32,000 nt of DNA from Mycobacterium heidelbergense (lineage in GTDB: Bacteria; Actinomycetota; Actinomycetes; Mycobacteriales; Mycobacteriaceae). The notes beneath the pieces are model-generated. The model worked only from the letters and a program-made list of their open reading frames with translations. It had not been told where the DNA came from and did no database searches. The stretch is taken from positions 3,353,512 through 3,385,511 of the forward strand of contig NZ_AP022615.1 in NCBI RefSeq assembly GCF_010730745.1, written 5' to 3'. Both the position numbers and the translations under genes were made by a program. Shown here in pieces: positions 1-9,101 of this stretch. Each line of letters begins with the position of its first letter. The first letter of the stretch is position 1.

Positions 1-1
1 G

Positions 2-790
2 TGGGCCCAGGACGTGGCAGCGATGTACGGCTATGCCGGCTCCTCGGCGACCGCCGCGCGGGTAGCGCCCTTCGTCTCCCCGCCGCAGGCCGCCAACCCC
101 GTTGGGACGGCGGGGCAGGCCGCCGCGGTCGCCCAGGCCGTCGGCGCCGCGGCCGACGGACAGGCGCAGACGTTGCCACAGCTGACGTCCGTGGTGCCCG
201 CCCTGCTGCAAAGCCTGGCGGCGCCGACGGCCTCGGCCGATCCGTCGGCCCCCGCGTCGCTGGCGTCGTCGCTGAACACGATCCTCGGCTTTTCGACCGG
301 GCCGGTATCCCCGTTGTCGTATTTCACCGTCGCCGGCGTGCCGCAGTTGCTGGGTGTCCAGTGCTACTTGCTGCCGCAGGCCGGGGCGAACCTGGCCGCC
401 GCGGCCGGCAAGGCGACGGCGTTATCGGCCGGTGGAGGGGCTTTGGTTGCGGCGGGTTCGCAAGGGGTCCAACTGGGTTCGGCGGTATCGGCAAGCATCG
501 GTCGCGCGGGCCTCGTCGGGGGTTTGACGGTGCCGCAGGGCTGGGCGATGGCCGCTCCAGCGGTCAAGCCGGTGGCCGCGGTATGGGCGGAAAGCGGCCC
601 ATCCGCCGCTGCGGCAGCGGCCGCCACGCAAGGCGAAGGACCGTTGCTCGGCGGCATGGCCTTGTCGAGTCTGGCTGGGCGGGCGATGGCCGGTACCGGC
701 GGCGGTGCCGCCCGATCGGCAGGTGCTGGCGCGGCCGGCGAGGCCAGCGGTCCGGTCAACATCTTTATCGTGCCCGGCGGCGCGCAATGA
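2..790 (+). CDS. PPE family protein, C-terminal part (5' end lies upstream of the window)
   Basis: Frame 2 is open from the window edge to TGA 788-790. It begins [19 protein letters not shown], the end of the conserved PPE N-domain; the same WAQDA.AMY.YA motif occurs in the three complete PPE genes here. The tail is Ala/Gly/Ser-rich and contains [10 protein letters not shown] (SVP-type motif). Confidence 0.8.
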   Translation, partial: WAQDVAAMYGYAGSSATAARVAPFVSPPQAANPVGTAGQAAAVAQAVGAAADGQAQTLPQLTSVVPALLQSLAAPTASADPSAPASLASSLNTILGFSTGPVSPLSYFTVAGVPQLLGVQCYLLPQAGANLAAAAGKATALSAGGGALVAAGSQGVQLGSAVSASIGRAGLVGGLTVPQGWAMAAPAVKPVAAVWAESGPSAAAAAAATQGEGPLLGGMALSSLAGRAMAGTGGGAARSAGAGAAGEASGPVNIFIVPGGAQ

Positions 791-1188
791 CCGCAATTGC
801 CCCAGACCTCCCGGCCGGTGTCGTTGTTGCGTTATTTGCTGATATTCCAGCAACTTTGCGCGGCAGAGATCGCGACAGAGATGAGGAGCGCATGCCTTTG
901 GAACCGCAGCCGGAAACGTTGCCGGATGCCAATGATGATCCGGCGGATGCCGGCTCGGCCCCGGCCGCCAAGGGCCCGGTAACGGCTCGTCCGCCAACGG
1001 TGTTGGATCCGGCGGCGACCGATGCGGTCTCGATATTGATCGCGATGCAGTTCGGCGCCTATGCCGCGATGTATCACACGGTCAGCGCCCAATTCGCGGC
1101 CGCCCACGAGACGTTTGTGAAAAGCCTTGCCATGGACGCAACCTCGGACGCGACCGGCGAGTCCGGCGACGCGTCGGCGGCCACCTGA
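787..1188 (+). CDS. PE-like protein with a divergent N-terminus (possibly degenerate PE partner of the downstream PPE)
   Basis: ATG 787 overlaps the upstream stop (ATGA), and the ORF ends 12 nt before PPE start 1201, the usual PE-PPE pair geometry. The C-terminal part ([41 protein letters not shown]) matches by eye the second helix of PE domains. The first ~70 aa lack the PE helix-1 signature and use many A/T-ending codons. An alternative start is ATG 892. Confidence 0.5.
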   Translation: MTAIAPDLPAGVVVALFADIPATLRGRDRDRDEERMPLEPQPETLPDANDDPADAGSAPAAKGPVTARPPTVLDPAATDAVSILIAMQFGAYAAMYHTVSAQFAAAHETFVKSLAMDATSDATGESGDASAAT

Positions 1189-1200
1189 GAGGACGATCGG

Positions 1201-2577
1201 ATGTATTTCGGATTACTGCCGCCCGAGGTCAACTCCGGCCGGATGTACTCCGGTCCGGGCTCGGCGCCGCTGCTGGCTGCGGCGGAGGCCTGGGACGCGT
1301 CGGCGGCCCAGCTGCACGCGGCGCAGGCGGCGTACTCCTCGGTGATCTCCGGGCTGACGACGACGTGGCTGGGTCCGTCATCGGCGTCGATGGCGGCCGC
1401 GGCCGTGCCCTACATGGCATGGATGAGGGCCACGGCCGCCCAAGCGGAGCAGACCGCCGCACAGGCCCGGGCCGCCGCGGTGGCCTATGAGACGGCATTC
1501 GCGACGACGGTGCCGCCGCCGGTGATCGACGCCAATCGCAGCGAGCTGGCAATGTTGGTGGCCACCAACATCTTCGGACAGAACACCCCGGCGATCGCGG
1601 CAGTCGAGGCTCGGTACGGACAGATGTGGGCCCAAGACGCCACCGCGATGTCCACCTATGCCAGCCAGTCGACAGCCGCCACGACGATAACGCCGTTTGC
1701 CCCACCGCCGTCGACCACCGACCCGGGCGGGTTGCTCGGTCAGCTGCCGGCCACGTCGGTCGGTTCGAGCACGGAGACGCAGTTCTCCCAGCTGTTCGCC
1801 GCGGTACCCGCCGCGCTGCAAAGCTTCGGAACGATCATTGCCGGGCCCAATCCGGTTTCGGGCCTGCTGACCACCTTGCAGGACTTCGCCGGATTGCAGA
1901 GCTTGAGCTCGATCAGCGCCGACGTCGAAGTGATCCCCAAGGCGATCCTGCCGGCGAACGACGTCCTGATCAACACCATCATGGGGTTGGTTTTGGGGAC
2001 CAGGTGGCTTGACGGAGTGGCATCCGGGGCCGCGGCCGGCGGGGCCAACTCGGTCTTGGCGACGGGGCTCGGCTCCGGCGCGCACCTGGCGAGTTCGGCG
2101 GGCGGTGTGGTGGCGGCGAACGTCGGCCGCGCCGGCGTGGTCGGGGCGATGTCGGTTCCGCCGAGTTGGGCCACGGCCACCCCGGCAATCAGGACGGTCG
2201 CCGCGGTGCTCTCGGGCGCCGGCGAAAACGCCGTCCCGGCTGCGGCGGTGAGCGAGGGGACGCTGCTGAGTGGGATGGCGGTGGCGGGCATGGCCGGAAG
2301 CGCTCTGGGCGCGGCCGCGCCCCGGGCCCTCGCCGGTGCCGGCGCGCGATTGCATCGCACCCCACTCAAAGACGGCTCGACCAACGACGGCGAGTCGCCA
2401 GAAAACCTGCAACGTCTCGTCGCCGAAATGGCGGAGAAGCCAGACAACGTGCAGCACTGGCACACCGACTCGACACAGTTGGAGGGCCTCATCGCCAAAT
2501 TGAAGAAGAAACCCGGCATCCACGCGGTGCACCTGTCCGACGGCGAACCGAACATGACGCTACCCCGCGTCACCTAG
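1201..2577 (+). CDS. PPE family protein (SVP subtype) with a distinct charged C-terminal tail
   Basis: The N-terminus [21 protein letters not shown] is the canonical PPE motif. [12 protein letters not shown] and [10 protein letters not shown] (SVP motif) are present. The last 74 aa are non-Ala/Gly-rich and charged. Confidence 0.9.
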   Translation: MYFGLLPPEVNSGRMYSGPGSAPLLAAAEAWDASAAQLHAAQAAYSSVISGLTTTWLGPSSASMAAAAVPYMAWMRATAAQAEQTAAQARAAAVAYETAFATTVPPPVIDANRSELAMLVATNIFGQNTPAIAAVEARYGQMWAQDATAMSTYASQSTAATTITPFAPPPSTTDPGGLLGQLPATSVGSSTETQFSQLFAAVPAALQSFGTIIAGPNPVSGLLTTLQDFAGLQSLSSISADVEVIPKAILPANDVLINTIMGLVLGTRWLDGVASGAAAGGANSVLATGLGSGAHLASSAGGVVAANVGRAGVVGAMSVPPSWATATPAIRTVAAVLSGAGENAVPAAAVSEGTLLSGMAVAGMAGSALGAAAPRALAGAGARLHRTPLKDGSTNDGESPENLQRLVAEMAEKPDNVQHWHTDSTQLEGLIAKLKKKPGIHAVHLSDGEPNMTLPRVT

Positions 2578-2663
2578 AAGCTGCCCGGGCCGGCGACTAC
2601 GGACAAGACCGTTCAGAACGCGACCGTAAAAGTACATATCCCCCGCGAAACGAGGTTATGACA

Positions 2664-3929
2664 ATGGATTATAGAGGTCACAACGGGAAACCGATTGTGG
2701 AACGTGTGTCCACCGAGAACGCTGCCGTCGAGATAAAAGGCATGCCGCGCGTTCCCATATCCAAGGCGATGGCGCATGAGGTCATCAGCCTTTCCTACGG
2801 ATTTCTCACGCCGCTGACGGGCTTCATGGGTCGGCAAGAGGTCGACGGGACGCTGGACAAGATGCAGCTTCCCGACGGGACGCTGTGGAGCATACCGATA
2901 GTCTTCGATATGTCCGCGGAGAGCATCGAGGACCTTGGGCTGGAGGAGGGGAGCGGCGCCGTCCTCGAATACCTGGGCGTGCCCATGGCGATCCTCGACG
3001 TTGCCGAGATATACGAGTACGACCTCGAGCGGATGGCCGAGAAAACGTATGGCACGGCCGATCCCCGACACCCCGGGGTGAAGAAGACGCTCGGCTATCA
3101 GAACAGGTTCGTCGGCGGTGACATCACGCTGATCAACGAGCCGGTCTTCAACGAACCGTTCAAGAGTTTTTGGCTGACTCCGAGGCAACATATGGACGCG
3201 TTGCTGGCGAAGGGCTGGAAGCACGTCGTCGCCCACCAGACACGCAACGTGCCGCACACCGGCCACGAGGCGCTGATGAAGCAGGCGTGGTTTGCCGCGA
3301 ACGAGGATATGCCCGTCGACAACCTGAATACGGGCGTGCTGGTGAATGCGATCATCGGCCAGAAGCGAGTCGGGGACTACATCGATGAGGCAATACTTTT
3401 GGCGCAGAACGCGCTGAGGACCAGCGGGTACTTCCGGGAACGCGTCCACATGGTGTCCTTCACGCTGTGGGACATGCGGTATGCGGGACCCAGGGAGGCG
3501 ATCTTCCACGCCATCCTGAGGACAAATCTTGGATGCACCCACCATATGTTCGGCCGCGATCACGCCGGCGTGGGTGACTTCTACGACCCGTACGATTCCC
3601 AGAATCTCCTCAATCAATACAGATCCGAGTTGGGCATCAAACCGGTGTTTCTCCGCGAAAACTGGTACTGCGCGGAATGTTTGGAAGTCACAAACTCTGC
3701 TCTGTGCGGCCATGACGCGAAGGCCGAAAGCTTTAGCGGCAGCCTGATCAGAAGCATTCTGACCGACGAAGTGAAACCGACGCAGAAGGTGATGCGGCAC
3801 GAGGTCTTCGACGTCGTGATGGAGTGTGCCGCCAAGCATGGCCAGGGTTCGCCCTTTGTGACCGAAGAATATCTGAAGGACCGGAGACCGATCTTTACGC
3901 TGGGGCACTTGGAGGGACTCGATTCATGA
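2664..3929 (+). CDS. sat: Sulfate adenylyltransferase, homo-oligomeric Sat type (no APS-kinase domain)
   Basis: HxxH nucleotidyltransferase motif in AHQTRNVPHTGHEALM and the FGRDHAGVG motif, both diagnostic of Sat-type ATP sulfurylases. An N-terminal PUA-like region precedes them, and there is a CAECLEVTNSALCGH Cys/His cluster. Start taken at ATG 2664 (GAGG at 2652-2655); ATG 2658 is also possible. Codons are visibly more A/T-ending than in the flanking genes. Confidence 0.85.
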   Translation: MDYRGHNGKPIVERVSTENAAVEIKGMPRVPISKAMAHEVISLSYGFLTPLTGFMGRQEVDGTLDKMQLPDGTLWSIPIVFDMSAESIEDLGLEEGSGAVLEYLGVPMAILDVAEIYEYDLERMAEKTYGTADPRHPGVKKTLGYQNRFVGGDITLINEPVFNEPFKSFWLTPRQHMDALLAKGWKHVVAHQTRNVPHTGHEALMKQAWFAANEDMPVDNLNTGVLVNAIIGQKRVGDYIDEAILLAQNALRTSGYFRERVHMVSFTLWDMRYAGPREAIFHAILRTNLGCTHHMFGRDHAGVGDFYDPYDSQNLLNQYRSELGIKPVFLRENWYCAECLEVTNSALCGHDAKAESFSGSLIRSILTDEVKPTQKVMRHEVFDVVMECAAKHGQGSPFVTEEYLKDRRPIFTLGHLEGLDS

Positions 3930-4234
3930 GTAAGAACGCCGACATCAAGATCAATGTATGGATCAACGACGAACGGCTGAAAGCGCTGGAAGACGCCGGG
4001 ATGGCGCAACTGGCAAAGGAGGTTTTCGCCGGAATGAAGCTGCTCCCGATTTCCGTGACCGGCGACCAGAAGGATCTCATTCTGCAGCGCTACCCTTCGG
4101 CGAAGTACGACTCCTCCACCACGGGCTCCATCGAGTTGCTGCCGAAGCGGGCCAAAGACAAGTTGCTGGAGTTCTCCATCAACATGCATTCGACGGGCCC
4201 GGAGGTGACGGATCGCTTCGTCAACGACGGCTGA
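3926..4234 (+). CDS. Hypothetical 102-aa protein translationally coupled to sat
   Basis: ATG 3926-3928 overlaps the sat stop TGA 3927-3929 (ATGA). It has the same lower-G+C codon style as sat. The protein is hydrophilic and Lys/Asp-rich (MSKNADIKINVWINDERLKALEDAG...) with no motif I recognise. Confidence 0.6.
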   Translation: MSKNADIKINVWINDERLKALEDAGMAQLAKEVFAGMKLLPISVTGDQKDLILQRYPSAKYDSSTTGSIELLPKRAKDKLLEFSINMHSTGPEVTDRFVNDG

Positions 4235-5004
4235 CCACACGTGATTAGGCCTCAGCGGCGGAGCAAGGGTTTGGAACCCAGCCGCCTTAACGGTCGTTGC
4301 GCGATCCCTGTTCGCGCCGTACGGGTATGGCGTCCACGCGGGGACGAAGTCACGCGGCTAGCTGGACGTACTGGTGAAGTCTGCTGGAAATCTCCTGTGT
4401 ATCAGCGATATTGAGTTGTCGAATGGTTTCAATTCGGATTGACTGGCAAGTAATAGAGTCAAGGAAGTTTTACAGGTGCGTTGCCGGCTTGGCAGCGCAC
4501 GATGGTGGTGGGGCTCGCCATAACCGCGCGTCGCGCACTGACGGCCAACGGTCCCTGCGGAACGGGTAAGTACGTGGCTGGCCAACCGTGCAGCCACATG
4601 TGACGCGGAGGAAGACCAAGTGGCCGTTCAATTTTCATTGAGCCCGGCGAGATTCGCCAGTTGGGTTCGCGGGGCCGGTTTCATCGGCTCCGGATGCTGG
4701 GAGCCGACTGATCGCACGAGCGCACCCGGGCGACATAAGAGGCCAGGGCGCCGCGGGCGCAAGCCTTCTCGAGCTGCCTTACTCGATGATGGGTGACTAG
4801 TCGGGCCCTCGTCCACGGGTCTACAGCGTGGGGTTGTTGGTGTACGCACTTTAGAACAAAGGTGCGTATTCATGTGAAGTGTAATGGAAATCGTTGCTAA
4901 TCGGAGGCCCAGAGGGCGTTGCCGGTTGGGCACGTGATCGGACTCGCTCAGCGGGCTCACCGCCGCGGATCGCCGTGTGGGGCCGGCCGCTGAAGGGAAC
5001 ACTG

Positions 5005-6150
5005 ATGCTGGATTACGGGACGCTGCCACCAGAAATCAACTCGGCCAGGATATATTCGGGTCCAGGCTCGGCGCCGATGATGGCTGCGGCGGCGGCCTGG
5101 GACATACTCGCCAACGGGTTGGATTCGGTCTCGCGGGGCTATTCCTCGGTGATCGCGCGGTTGCAGGGCGAAAGTTGGTCCGGGCCTGCGTCAGTCGCGA
5201 TGGCCAGTGCGGCCGCGCCGTATGTGGCATGGATGACGACCGTGGGAGCCCAGGCCGAGGAGGCCGCCAGTCAGGCTCGCGCCGCCGCGGCGGCCTACGA
5301 GGCGGCATTCGCCGCCACGGTGCCTCCCGCGCTTGTCACATCCAACCGCATCCAGTTGGCGAACTTGGTGGCCACCAACATCTTCGGACAGAACACCATG
5401 ATGATCGGGGAGACCGAGGCAGCCTACGAGGAGATGTGGGCTCAGGATGCCACCGCCATGTACACCTACGCGGCGTCGTCGTCGGCGGCCACGTCGCTGA
5501 GGGAATTCGGCGAGCCGCCACAGACGACCACCGCCGCCGGTCCGCCTGCCCAATCCGCCGGACAATCCCGGGCGACCCTGTCGCAGCTGATATCGGCTGT
5601 GCCGCAACAGCTACAGGCCCTCGCGGCAGCGGGATCTTCGGGCTCTTCCACATCGGCGGCGCCCACCTCGTTGGTGCCGTCGTCCTTGCTCACGGCCTTC
5701 AGCAGCTTCAATACCCTCACCGCGCCAATAAATCTCGGCGACGGCATCAGCCGCACGTACACGTCGGCGGGAAGCTTCGGGACCGGGCTGTTCCGATCCA
5801 ACGTCCAGGCGGCCGGCGATGCCGCCAAGGCGGCCAGCACCGCCGCGGGGCCCGGTCCGGTGTTTGCCAGCGCGGGCAACGCGACGACGGTCGGGAAACT
5901 GTCCGTCCCGCAGAGCTGGGCGGCGACAAATCCCGCGGCCGCCGCCATTGCCGAGCCGAATTGGTTGCCGGACTCCGAACTCGACGGTGGCCCGTCGTGG
6001 CAGGAAGTCCCGGCAACCAACATGTGGAACGGCGTCCCACCGGCGGGCGGCGGGAGCACGTCAGGGCTGTTGTCGCGTCCCTCGGTCAACAACGTGCTGC
6101 GCGTGGCGCCACGCCAATTCAAGATGCCCCGCCCTTCCCTTGGCGGCTAG
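5005..6150 (+). CDS. PPE family protein (SVP subtype)
   Basis: [45 protein letters not shown] and [10 protein letters not shown] are present. The C-terminus is [12 protein letters not shown]. Start is ATG 5005 within ORF 4894-6150. Confidence 0.9.
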   Translation: MLDYGTLPPEINSARIYSGPGSAPMMAAAAAWDILANGLDSVSRGYSSVIARLQGESWSGPASVAMASAAAPYVAWMTTVGAQAEEAASQARAAAAAYEAAFAATVPPALVTSNRIQLANLVATNIFGQNTMMIGETEAAYEEMWAQDATAMYTYAASSSAATSLREFGEPPQTTTAAGPPAQSAGQSRATLSQLISAVPQQLQALAAAGSSGSSTSAAPTSLVPSSLLTAFSSFNTLTAPINLGDGISRTYTSAGSFGTGLFRSNVQAAGDAAKAASTAAGPGPVFASAGNATTVGKLSVPQSWAATNPAAAAIAEPNWLPDSELDGGPSWQEVPATNMWNGVPPAGGGSTSGLLSRPSVNNVLRVAPRQFKMPRPSLGG

Positions 6151-6238
6151 TTGGTAACCGCGCGCGTCGCGCGGGCAGGACGGCCGCGACTGGTTGGTCG
6201 CGGGCGACGGTTGAGAGACGGTTGAGGAAGGAACGCCG

Positions 6239-7423
6239 ATGCTTGATTTCGGGGCGCTGCCGCCCGAGATCAATTCGGCCAGAATGTATTCAGGTCCGGG
6301 ATCGGGACCGATGATGGCGGCCGCGGCGGCGTGGGACGCGCTGGCCGCACAGCTGGAGTTGTATGCGGCCGGTTACTCTTCGACCCTCTCGGAGCTCCAG
6401 GGTCAGACGTGGTCGGGCGGAGCATCGATCGCGATGGCGACCGCGGCCGCACCGTATGTGGCGTGGGCGGCGACGACGGCGGCGCAGGCCGAGCAAGCCG
6501 CCGGCCAGGCCCGAACGGCGGCCGCCGCCTATGAGGCGGCATTCGCCGCGACGGTGCCCCCGCCGGTGGTCGCGGCCAACCGCATGCAGTTGGCGATACT
6601 GGTTGCCACCAACTTCTTTGGGCAGAACACACCGGCGATCGCGGCCACCGAGGCCGACTACGCCGAGATGTGGGCCCAGGATGCCGCCGCCATGTACGGC
6701 TATGCCGCGTCCTCGTCGGCCGCGACCGCGCTGACGCCGTTTCCCGAACCGCCGCGGACCACGAATGCCGGCGGCCAATCCGCCCAGGCGACCGCTGTGG
6801 CCCAAGCCGTGGGCACCTCCACGGGGCAGAGTCACGTAACGCTGCCGGAGCTGATGTCCGTCCTGCCGCACGAGCTGCAAACCCTGGCGTCAGGTGGGTC
6901 GGTGAACGGTTCCGCGGCGGACCCCACGCCGGCGGGCGCCTTCTCGTCGATCCTCACGGCCTTCAGCAATTTCGACATTCTTGTCGTCAGCCCGGCGCAA
7001 CCGTTTTGGTCGACGACCTACGCCGTATTCTCAACGGGGCAATTCGGGACGGGGCTTCGCTTGTCTCAGCTCCAGGCGGCCAAGGCCGCCGCCAAGGAGG
7101 CTACGTCTGAGGCCGACGTCCTGGGTTCGCGGGCCGCTCGCGGTGGCCCAGTGCTTGCGAGCGTGGGCAATGCGGCTCCGGTGGGGAAATTGTCCGTCCC
7201 GCAGAGCTGGGTGGCGCCGGATCAGGTCGCCAGTGCCGTCGGTGGGCCAACACCGTTGTCGGGAACGGATTTCCGGGCGGCCCCGGCCGCGAACGCAAAT
7301 CCACCGACGAGCGCGTGGGGCGCGTTGCCGACGGCGGCGACGGAGACGCGGCCCACGGGCGGCGTCGTATTGCGCAACGGACGTCGCCGCTTCACGATGC
7401 CCCGCCCCGCTATCGGCGGATAA
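6239..7423 (+). CDS. PPE family protein (SVP subtype), tandem paralogue of 5005-6150
   Basis: [45 protein letters not shown] and [10 protein letters not shown] are present. The C-terminus is [23 protein letters not shown] Shine-Dalgarno-like run lies upstream of ATG 6239. Confidence 0.9.
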   Translation: MLDFGALPPEINSARMYSGPGSGPMMAAAAAWDALAAQLELYAAGYSSTLSELQGQTWSGGASIAMATAAAPYVAWAATTAAQAEQAAGQARTAAAAYEAAFAATVPPPVVAANRMQLAILVATNFFGQNTPAIAATEADYAEMWAQDAAAMYGYAASSSAATALTPFPEPPRTTNAGGQSAQATAVAQAVGTSTGQSHVTLPELMSVLPHELQTLASGGSVNGSAADPTPAGAFSSILTAFSNFDILVVSPAQPFWSTTYAVFSTGQFGTGLRLSQLQAAKAAAKEATSEADVLGSRAARGGPVLASVGNAAPVGKLSVPQSWVAPDQVASAVGGPTPLSGTDFRAAPAANANPPTSAWGALPTAATETRPTGGVVLRNGRRRFTMPRPAIGG

Positions 7424-8093
7424 CGCATCACGCTCAGCCCACCCGTCGTCAGTCGAAAGATCTTGCCGCCCTTGATGTTCACGACCGTAGACCTCACGGC
7501 GAAATGGCACGCTGCGTTTGCGAACCAACACACCTCCGGGAAATACGCGAATCCCGTTGCGCCGGAGGTCCCGAGGCCTGGCCAGAACCATAATGACGCG
7601 CGGCCGCCGATTGGACGTTCAGCGCTAACGCGTGCGGGACGAACAGGAAACGCTCAAGCAGCATACAGCCTGTCGTCAGTTTGACCGACCATGATCGCAA
7701 AAGAATCATGATGAGTAAAAATTCCCCAAAGAGGCAATTTGTAACATCGCAAGGACGGCAAGCGGCGGTGTGTGGATCGGCATCGCTAAAAGATGCGCAG
7801 TTCGTAGACGCCGATCGCATGGACCTGCTCGCAGTAGCATATACAGACGCTAATCGTCAACAATCGTCGGCGCCGCCGACCGCGTGGAACCGAACGAGCG
7901 CGAGCGGCTTCCCCTGTGGACGCCCGGGACAAGTGTCACGCCCACCTCCCGCAATCCTCTTTGGGCTTCTTCGGACGGACTTTCTTCCATCACATGGGTA
8001 TTCGCACGCGCGATATTTAGAGAAGGGCGGTTTTTGTGCGCCCACTGGCTCGAAACCGGCGAAAGCCTCTGAGCCGGAGCGAAGTTCGGCTGC

Positions 8094-9101
8094 GTGACGC
8101 CAAGGGTGCCAGAGTTTATGGCTGACCGAGGTTTGGCACTCCGCGATCGCCTCCTCGCGGAGACCGTCGCGCTGGCCTATATCGTGGTGGCAGCCCAGTG
8201 CGACGGCTGGCATTACCTGTTGTTCCCCGGGCTTGCGGCGCTTTCGCACGACGTATTGACCCGGCCGTGGGGAAGGTGGGCGAGTCAACCGGGGCGGCTC
8301 ATCGCTACGCCGGCCCTCGCGGCGGTCGTCGGGACGTCGATCACCCGGGAGCTTCGCTTCGGTGTGCCGGCCATTCTGGTCGTGGTCTGCGTGTGTGTGC
8401 TCCTGCTTGCCCTGCTCAACTCGGATATCGCCCCGGCTATCGCAGCCGGCGTGCTGCCACTCTTCCTAGGCATCAAGAGCTGGCTCTATCCCGCTTCCGT
8501 AGCGCTGAGCCTGGCGGTGCTGGTGCTCATTTTGGTGTCCTGGCAAAGGCATTGCCGGCGAAAGTACGCGCATGCCGGTGGGGCTTCGGCCCCGAACATC
8601 GACGATGTTCTCGAGACTGTTCCCACCGGAAATGCCTGGGTCCTGCCCTATTTCGCGTTTTTGACCGCGATGGCGTTCGGTGCGACGGCCTCGGGGCTGC
8701 GGCTGATCCTGTTCCCCCCGCTGATCGTCATCGCCTACGAGATGTTCGCCCACCCCACGACATGCCCCTGGGCGGGGAAGCCGCTGGCCCTTCCCGCCGC
8801 GTGCTTTCTGACGTCGGTCGCGGGATGGGTCGCGGTGAGCCTCTTCGGAAGCGGCGGTATCGCGGCCGCCTGCGCAATGGTCGCCGGCGTCGTCGTGCTG
8901 CGCCTCCTGAAACTTCATCTGCCGCCCGCGTTGGCGATCGGGCTGCTTCCGCTCGTCATCGGTTCGCCCAGCATCCAATACCCCCTTTCCGTTGCCATCG
9001 GGGCAGGAGCACTGACGCTCGCCCACCAGCTGTACCAACGATGGGTCCTCGGCCATGGCGGCGCCGGCCGGAACGCCCCCGATACATTGAGGAGTGTCTA
9101 G
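8094..9101 (+). CDS. Polytopic membrane protein, HPP-family-like with internal duplication
   Basis: About 8 hydrophobic segments. Two related halves each carry an (A/P)P-A-x-A-x-G-x-LPL element (SDIAPAIAAGVLPLFLG and LHLPPALAIGLLPLVIG), resembling the His-Pro-Pro region of HPP-family proteins. The start is uncertain (GTG 8094 or ATG 8118). Confidence 0.55.
   Translation: MTPRVPEFMADRGLALRDRLLAETVALAYIVVAAQCDGWHYLLFPGLAALSHDVLTRPWGRWASQPGRLIATPALAAVVGTSITRELRFGVPAILVVVCVCVLLLALLNSDIAPAIAAGVLPLFLGIKSWLYPASVALSLAVLVLILVSWQRHCRRKYAHAGGASAPNIDDVLETVPTGNAWVLPYFAFLTAMAFGATASGLRLILFPPLIVIAYEMFAHPTTCPWAGKPLALPAACFLTSVAGWVAVSLFGSGGIAAACAMVAGVVVLRLLKLHLPPALAIGLLPLVIGSPSIQYPLSVAIGAGALTLAHQLYQRWVLGHGGAGRNAPDTLRSV

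Noticed and set aside
1229-2573. Long minus-strand and out-of-frame ORFs (1229-1705, 1378-2532, 1740-2573, 1626-2012) overlapping the PPE gene
   Set aside because: The translations are Arg/Pro/Gly-rich and low in complexity, typical of shadow ORFs in high-G+C DNA. The PPE frame has clear family motifs.
2166-2657. N-terminal 164-codon extension of the Sat ORF
   Set aside because: The extension overlaps the 3' end of the PPE gene in another frame and is Arg-rich. Sat homology and the codon-style change begin at MDYRGHNGKP, and a GAGG precedes ATG 2664.
4240-5004. ORFs 4358-4597 and 4628-5029 (minus), and a possible cobalamin or M-box riboswitch upstream of the PPE gene
   Set aside because: The ORFs lack third-position bias and any family resemblance. 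I looked for a B12-box or M-box-like core, because some PE/PPE operons in M. tuberculosis have such leaders. I could not recognise one by eye, so a covariance-model scan would be needed.
7222-8097. ORFs 7222-7533 (minus), 7494-7820 (minus), 7681-8097 (plus) and 7857-8288 (minus) in the PPE-to-HPP gap
   Set aside because: They overlap one another, have no recognisable motifs and have an atypical composition for coding DNA in this genome. The region is treated as a non-coding leader or decayed DNA.
8198-9100. 300-codon N-terminal extension of the antiporter ORF
   Set aside because: It overlaps the HPP-like gene in another frame and is Arg/Gly-rich. The antiporter's hydrophobic N-terminus starts at GTG 9101, behind a GAGGAG.
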